A stretch of 25,949 bases of DNA from a virus (taxonomy: Duplodnaviria > Caudoviricetes): IMG/VR virus record IMGVR_UViG_3300016474_000947, positions 1-25,949 of that record. One strand, 5' to 3'. Within the stretch, counting starts at the first letter, position 1. Every line of letters starts with the position of its first letter. Positions 21,079 through 25,949 of this stretch are shown piece by piece. Position numbers and translations under genes: made by a program. The notes under the pieces were generated by a model. The model saw only the letters and a list, made by a program, of their open reading frames with translations. It was not told the DNA's origin and did no database searches.

Positions 21079-21379
21079 AGAAAAATTTGAACCTTATTTT
21101 CGTGATAGAATGATTTGTAATAAGAATGGATATTGCGTAATCATTCCTAAGGATTCACCACAACCAATTCCAATCAATTGCCCCGTGTGTGATTTTTTGT
21201 TGAGATCTAAGGATGATGAAAATTCATGGTACAAATATAATTGTTGTGAAAGATGTTCAACGTATTGGGCAATACCTAGAAAATCGGAATGGGATACAGG
21301 ATGGAGACCTGGAATAGAAGATTTGCAAAAAGAGATAGCCAGACGCCCTCCAATTGCCGTAGATATTAAGATTGAATGA
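21071..21379 (+). CDS. Small zinc-finger protein
   Basis: ATG 21071 overlaps the end of sbcC, with SD-like GAGGG upstream. CPVC...CCERC motifs. Confidence 0.65.
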   Translation: MFEEKFEPYFRDRMICNKNGYCVIIPKDSPQPIPINCPVCDFLLRSKDDENSWYKYNCCERCSTYWAIPRKSEWDTGWRPGIEDLQKEIARRPPIAVDIKIE

Positions 21380-21389
21380 TTTTTTTGAC

Positions 21390-21397
21390 TATACTTA
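21390..21397 (+). promoter_or_regulatory. Putative late promoter TATACTTA
   Basis: Intergenic, upstream of an AGGAG SD and ATG 21414; heads the terminase unit. Confidence 0.6.
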
Positions 21398-21413
21398 GTC
21401 TAGGAGATTCGAT

Positions 21414-21797
21414 ATGGCTCAAGGTAAAATAGACTATAACGCTCTAGGACAAACTATTGATACAACATGGGGAAGGGCCTCAACACCAAAAACTGCTAGT
21501 TATTCTGTTAAATTTTCAATGCAAGGTGATAAATTGATCGCCTCATATGCAGCTATTGTTAATTTTGGTACCGAAAGAGAAATGATTATGATGAAAAGAT
21601 CATATGCCGAGGAATCGATCTCAATCATCTCTGAGGCAATTAAGGGAATTAAGGCAAATTACAAACAAATTTCTGGTGATAGTCTTTCTACAAAAGAAGT
21701 TGCCACGTCAGATTCTTTGGAAATAATTGGTTACGGAGTACACAATCCTAAAAGAACGGCGTATTATAGAAGAAAGACAGTTTTTGAGCTCAGCTTA
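21414..21797 (+). CDS. Hypothetical protein upstream of terminase (127 aa if TTA is stop; standard code extends to 21812)
   Basis: Strong SD AGGAG. Ends YYRRKTVFELS followed by TTA, whose A starts the terminase ATG (TTATG). Confidence 0.7.
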
Positions 21798-23416
21798 TGT
21801 CAGGACCTATAAATAGAGAAGATCAAGTTAAGGAAATATTGAATTGTGGTAAGGATGCTGTGTATTTCATGCGTAATTACGCAAAAATTCAGCATCCTAA
21901 GAGGGGTCTTATACCCTTTGAAACTTACAAATTTCAGGATGAGTGCGTAAGCGAATTTGAAAAAAATAGATTTAACATAGTTCTTAAATCTAGACAATTG
22001 GGTTTGAGCACAGTTACTGCCGCATATGCAGTTTGGTATGCAATCTTCAAGAAAGATAAAAACATCTTGATCATTGCAACTAAACTTCAAACGGCAATGA
22101 ATTTCATCAAGAAAGTAAAAACCATTCTAGATGGTTTGCCAAAATGGCTGCTACTCACAAAATTTGAACCAACAAAACAACAAGTTAGTTTTTCAAATGG
22201 TTCAACTATAACGGCAGTACCAACCAGTCCAGACGCAGGTAGATCAGAGGCATTGTCACTACTCATAGTTGATGAGGCAGCATTTATTCGTGATTTTGAA
22301 GAAATCTGGACTGGTCTCTACCCCACCATTTCAACAGGTGGCAGCGCGATCATCATTTCAACTCCAAATGGTGTTGGTGGAACTTACTATACACTTTGGA
22401 CTGATGCTGTTGCTCAAGTAAATGAATTCAATCCTATAAATCTTCCATGGCACGTTCACCCAGAACACAATCAAGAGTGGTTCAATAAAGAAACTAGGAA
22501 CCTTCCCAAGAGAAAAGTTGCTCAAGAATTTTTGTGCGATTTCATATCTTCTGGCGATACATTCCTTCAACCTTCAGAGATGGACTATTTGAGAGATATG
22601 ATTGATCAACCTATACGAAAAGAAGGACCAACTTCTGGCGTGTGGATATGGTCTGATCCTGAACCAAATAAGAAATATGTCATTTCGGCTGACGTTGCTC
22701 GCGGTGACGGTAATGATTATTCAACATTCCATGTTATAGACAATAATGATTGTGAAGTTGTGGCGGAGTATATGGGAAAGCTACCTCCCGACAAACTAGC
22801 TGATCTTCTTGCCGAATATGGAAAAATTTATAATAACGCCCTGATATGTCCGGAAAGAAACACATTTGGATATTTTACGTGTGTCAAATTGAGGGACATG
22901 GGATATAAACGTCTGTATTACAGAAATACATCAGGTGATTTGTTTGAGTACATATCAAACGATCCAGATGCGGTGCCTGGATTTGAAACACAAGGAAACA
23001 CAAGACCACAAATACTTGCAAAACTTGAAGAAGTAATTAGAAATAGAATTATAAAAATTTATTCTCAAAGGTTTTATGATCAAATGCAGGCCTTTATTTG
23101 GAATGGATCAAAGGCGCAAGCAACAAAAGATGCACACGATGATTTGATTCTAAGTTTGGCAATCGGTATTTGGTTGAATAACGGTGGTTCTTCAACGGGT
23201 GAACAAGGCAAAGAATTTGCCATGGCAATGTTGAAAGCAACTAAACTAGACAGAAGAGATTCAAATCAAATGCCAGGTGATATTGCTTCAGCACAACCTT
23301 TGGTCAATCCTAACATTAGAGGACACTCTTACAATCCACAAAATGTTCACAAACCTAGGGATCCATCACAAGTGAAACATGTAGATGTTTCAGACTTTAG
23401 TTGGCTTCTTCATTGA
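21797..23416 (+). CDS. terL: Terminase large subunit (T4 gp17-like)
   Basis: Walker A-like KSRQLGLST, Walker B LIVDEAAFI, STPNG coupling motif, nuclease motifs ADVARGDGNDYS and HDDL. Confidence 0.95.
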   Translation: MSGPINREDQVKEILNCGKDAVYFMRNYAKIQHPKRGLIPFETYKFQDECVSEFEKNRFNIVLKSRQLGLSTVTAAYAVWYAIFKKDKNILIIATKLQTAMNFIKKVKTILDGLPKWLLLTKFEPTKQQVSFSNGSTITAVPTSPDAGRSEALSLLIVDEAAFIRDFEEIWTGLYPTISTGGSAIIISTPNGVGGTYYTLWTDAVAQVNEFNPINLPWHVHPEHNQEWFNKETRNLPKRKVAQEFLCDFISSGDTFLQPSEMDYLRDMIDQPIRKEGPTSGVWIWSDPEPNKKYVISADVARGDGNDYSTFHVIDNNDCEVVAEYMGKLPPDKLADLLAEYGKIYNNALICPERNTFGYFTCVKLRDMGYKRLYYRNTSGDLFEYISNDPDAVPGFETQGNTRPQILAKLEEVIRNRIIKIYSQRFYDQMQAFIWNGSKAQATKDAHDDLILSLAIGIWLNNGGSSTGEQGKEFAMAMLKATKLDRRDSNQMPGDIASAQPLVNPNIRGHSYNPQNVHKPRDPSQVKHVDVSDFSWLLH

Positions 23417-23420
23417 TGGC

Positions 23421-23428
23421 TATACTTA
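23421..23428 (+). promoter_or_regulatory. Putative late promoter TATACTTA
   Basis: Intergenic, immediately after the terL stop and upstream of ATG 23450. Confidence 0.6.
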
Positions 23429-23449
23429 TTATGCATAGAAGGTTTAGCA

Positions 23450-23761
23450 ATGGCAAATAAATTGACTCTAGCAAATCTAAGAAAAATTATCTCAGAAGAA
23501 ATTAGCAACATCAATGAAGAAGTTGATCTTGCGGCTGAAAATGATGTATTCAATACCGCTGGTAAATTGTTGATGGCGATAGGCGCATTTAAAGAAAATG
23601 CAAATCCTAATATGGTCTCAGCAATATCTGCAGATCTTGAAGATCTTGAAACTCACCTTAAAAATATGAGAAGCGCTCCGAGCCAATACGTGGTATCAAC
23701 GAACGAAAAAAGCGTAAAGACCGTTTCTTTGAAACCTGTAAAAAAAGATCGGGTGATGTGA
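23450..23761 (+). CDS. Small helical protein, putative prohead core/internal head protein
   Basis: 103 aa between terL and portal. N-terminal KLTLANLRKIISEEI motif resembles that of the 12296 gene. Confidence 0.6.
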   Translation: MANKLTLANLRKIISEEISNINEEVDLAAENDVFNTAGKLLMAIGAFKENANPNMVSAISADLEDLETHLKNMRSAPSQYVVSTNEKSVKTVSLKPVKKDRVM

Positions 23762-23835
23762 CTCAGTACCTATACGAAACATTTGCAAATTTTAGTATGA
23801 GCTAAGAGCTTAGCCTAAAATAGGCAGGCAATACT

Positions 23836-25860
23836 ATGGCAACAAAAAAAGACAAACCAGATAACAACAATCTATTTAGGCGCCTCACCAAACTGTTCCG
23901 TAGTGGTCCTGTCATCAAAAAGAAGATCAGGACCATTGATACAACAATAGCCGTTGCAGATAAGACAAAATCTTCTGGTGCTTTGTTGTTTCAAAAGTCG
24001 TTGGCGCCTACTTACGCGACAATAACCGCTAACGCTTATAATCTTTCTGAACGCTTGATGAGATATCAAGATTTTCAAGAAATGGAGTACACACCTGAAA
24101 TCGCGGCCGCTCTTGACATCTATGCAGATGAAACTTGTGCGCAGGATGAGAAAGGTCGAGTTCTTCACATATATTCTGACAATGAGAAGGTAAAAGAGAT
24201 TCTTGAGGATCTATTTTATAACACTCTCAACGTTGAATTTAATCTGCGTAGTTGGGCTCGAAATCTCGTGAAGTATGGAGATTTCTTTCTTTATAATGAC
24301 GTTTCACCAGATTATGGTGTGGTGTCAGCATTCCCAGTCCCGGTGAATGAAATTGAAAGAGAGGAAAATTATGATAGGGAAGATCCATTTGCCGTCAGGT
24401 ATAGGTGGGTCACCCTAGGTAATAGGGTTCTTGAAAATTGGGAGATAACTCACTTTAGGCTTCTTGGAAATGATATGTTTTTGCCTTATGGTTCTTCTGT
24501 CATTGAACCCGCAAGAAGAATATGGAGGCAATTGATCCTTATTGAGGATGCGATGTTGGTGTACAGGGTCGTTCGTGCTCCCGAACGTCGTGTTTTTTAC
24601 ATTGATGTTGCTAACATTCCTGCAGCGGAAGTTCCAATGTATGTTGAGGAACAAAGAAAAAATCTACGCACGAATCAAGTCATTGATAGAACAACAGGTA
24701 GAGTGGATCTTAGATATAATCCTTTGTCTGTTGATGAAGATTACTTCATTCCAGTCAGAGGAACTGACACTGGTACTAAAATTGAAACTCTTGCTGGCGG
24801 ACAAAATGCCGCAGCAGTAGAGGACGTTGCTTACATACAAAAGAAACTGTTTGCTGCGCTTAAGATTCCACGTGCTTATTTGGGATATGACGAAATGTTG
24901 TCATCAAAGGCAACACTAGCCCAAGAAGATATTAGATTCTCTAGGACAATAAACGTAATACAAAAAGTAATGTTGGCGGAGCTTAATAAGCTTGCTATCA
25001 TACACCTTTATGCTCATGGATTTGAATCTGAAGATTTGCAAAATTTTACTCTTAGATTGTCAAACCCATCAACGGTTGCTCAACAACAAAAGCTTGAGCT
25101 ATGGAGAACCAAATTTGAAATTGGTGGTTCTGCACCAGAAGGCTATGTAAATAAAGATTTCATTAGAAAAGAAATTTGGGGCCTAAATGATGATGAGTGT
25201 AAGAATATTGATAGAAATAGGATGAAAGACAAGGTTGTTGACGCTGCCGTTGAGTCTGCAACATCTGAAGGGGGCGGTGAATCAGGCGGTGAAGGTGGTG
25301 GAGGCGGATTGTTTGGTGGCGGCGGCGGAGGAGGCGAAGAGGAAGAAACCGAAGGTGGTGAGGAGACTTCTGGTGAGGAAAATGCGGGAGAAACGCCAGG
25401 CGAGGAGACTGATGACAATCTACAACTATTGACTGCGGTTGATGATCATGATGATGATGAAACATTTTCAATAAAATTTGATCCAACACAAGTTGAAGTT
25501 CCAATAAAGGCGCAAAGGCAACTAGATAAGGCCTTGTACAATAGAAGTCGACGTAGGAATCATGGTGCATCAAAAACTCATATGCCTGATTTTGCAAAAA
25601 TGACGTCAACAGATAATAGAGCGATGCAAGATCCTTATGATAATGATTGGTTGAAATCTGTAGTTAGTAATCCGTTCGGAGAAAGCAAAGAATATCATAG
25701 GACAAATTTGCCTCCCGATCTACAATCGATGTTGGGTAACTGGAGCAAGAAGCATCAAAGAAATACTTCTGATTCAAAAATATTGTCCGAATCTGAAAAT
25801 ATTGTTGATGAATTTTCAAAAGGAGACGAAAATCATCTATATATTGATAAGGATAAATGA
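23836..25860 (+). CDS. Portal protein (T4 gp20-like) with acidic/Gly-rich C-terminal extension
   Basis: MEYTPEIAAALDIYADE, LIEDAMLVYRVVRAPERRVFYIDV, EDYFIPVRG, IETLAGG and LFAALKIP motifs, characteristic of gp20-type portals. Confidence 0.95.
   Translation: MATKKDKPDNNNLFRRLTKLFRSGPVIKKKIRTIDTTIAVADKTKSSGALLFQKSLAPTYATITANAYNLSERLMRYQDFQEMEYTPEIAAALDIYADETCAQDEKGRVLHIYSDNEKVKEILEDLFYNTLNVEFNLRSWARNLVKYGDFFLYNDVSPDYGVVSAFPVPVNEIEREENYDREDPFAVRYRWVTLGNRVLENWEITHFRLLGNDMFLPYGSSVIEPARRIWRQLILIEDAMLVYRVVRAPERRVFYIDVANIPAAEVPMYVEEQRKNLRTNQVIDRTTGRVDLRYNPLSVDEDYFIPVRGTDTGTKIETLAGGQNAAAVEDVAYIQKKLFAALKIPRAYLGYDEMLSSKATLAQEDIRFSRTINVIQKVMLAELNKLAIIHLYAHGFESEDLQNFTLRLSNPSTVAQQQKLELWRTKFEIGGSAPEGYVNKDFIRKEIWGLNDDECKNIDRNRMKDKVVDAAVESATSEGGGESGGEGGGGGLFGGGGGGGEEEETEGGEETSGEENAGETPGEETDDNLQLLTAVDDHDDDETFSIKFDPTQVEVPIKAQRQLDKALYNRSRRRNHGASKTHMPDFAKMTSTDNRAMQDPYDNDWLKSVVSNPFGESKEYHRTNLPPDLQSMLGNWSKKHQRNTSDSKILSESENIVDEFSKGDENHLYIDKDK
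25261..25460 (+). repeat. Low-complexity GGN/GAR-rich coding tract (poly-Gly, Glu/Asp) in the portal
   Basis: Encodes EGGGESGGEGGGGGLFGGGGGGGEEEETEGGEETSGEE...DDHDDDE. Confidence 0.8.
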
Positions 25861-25909
25861 TTGCGTACCTACCTCGCATATTCACTAGGTAAGAGAAACG
25901 TTGACCAAA

Positions 25910-25949
25910 ATGTCGAAGTCAAATTCACACAATAAGAAAAGAAACACCG
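25910..25949 (+). CDS. Start of the next gene (3'-truncated), MSKSNSHNKKRNT...
   Basis: ATG 25910 is open to the window end, downstream of the portal. Too short to assign a function. Confidence 0.55.
   Translation, partial: MSKSNSHNKKRNT

Noticed and set aside
21414-21797. Small terminase assignment for the gene upstream of terL
   Set aside because: Supported by position only; no recognisable TerS motif.
389-25885. Minus-strand ORFs and short alternative-frame plus-strand ORFs in the track (e.g. 20025-20708, 25143-25418, 25163-25609, 24542-24820)
   Set aside because: They are shadows of real genes with no motifs. Antisense ORFs in register are lengthened because absence of sense TTA removes antisense TAA.
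1-25949. Stop-to-sense recoding (TAG to Gln, TGA to Trp) as in Lak or crAss-like phages
   Set aside because: Genes are full length without reading through TAG or TGA, and TGA is the main stop. TAG is simply unused in frame in these genes, so its meaning cannot be judged here.
1-25949. Pure TTA avoidance (bldA-like rare codon) as the whole explanation
   Set aside because: It explains the internal absence but not TTA at a paralog's stop position or the two TTATG overlaps. It is not formally excluded without proteomics.
1-25949. tRNA, rRNA, CRISPR array, intron or intein in terL/primase
   Set aside because: Intergenic gaps are under about 80 nt with no cloverleaf or repeat-spacer pattern; terL and primase are of normal length.

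Overview
AT-rich, all plus-strand, tightly packed segment of a large T4-like (jumbo) tailed phage. Gene order: PhoH-family ATPase (5'-truncated), a block of large virion/baseplate-type genes (FN3-like, LamG-like and tail-collar-like repeats), T4 gp4-like head-completion nuclease, RuvC-like resolvase, DnaG-type primase, a split Mre11/SbcD whose C-terminal part is fused to Rad50/SbcC, two small genes, large terminase, a small putative head protein, portal, and the start of one more gene. The main observation is that the phage appears to use TTA (UUA) as a stop codon. Reading the Leu codons of all 19 long genes by eye, I found no internal in-frame TTA among several hundred, although TTA is normally the commonest Leu codon in DNA this AT-rich. 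In-frame TTA occurs only upstream of the plausible start or at the natural C-terminus of six genes, twice as a TTATG stop/start overlap with the next gene. CDS coordinates below are given under this code.
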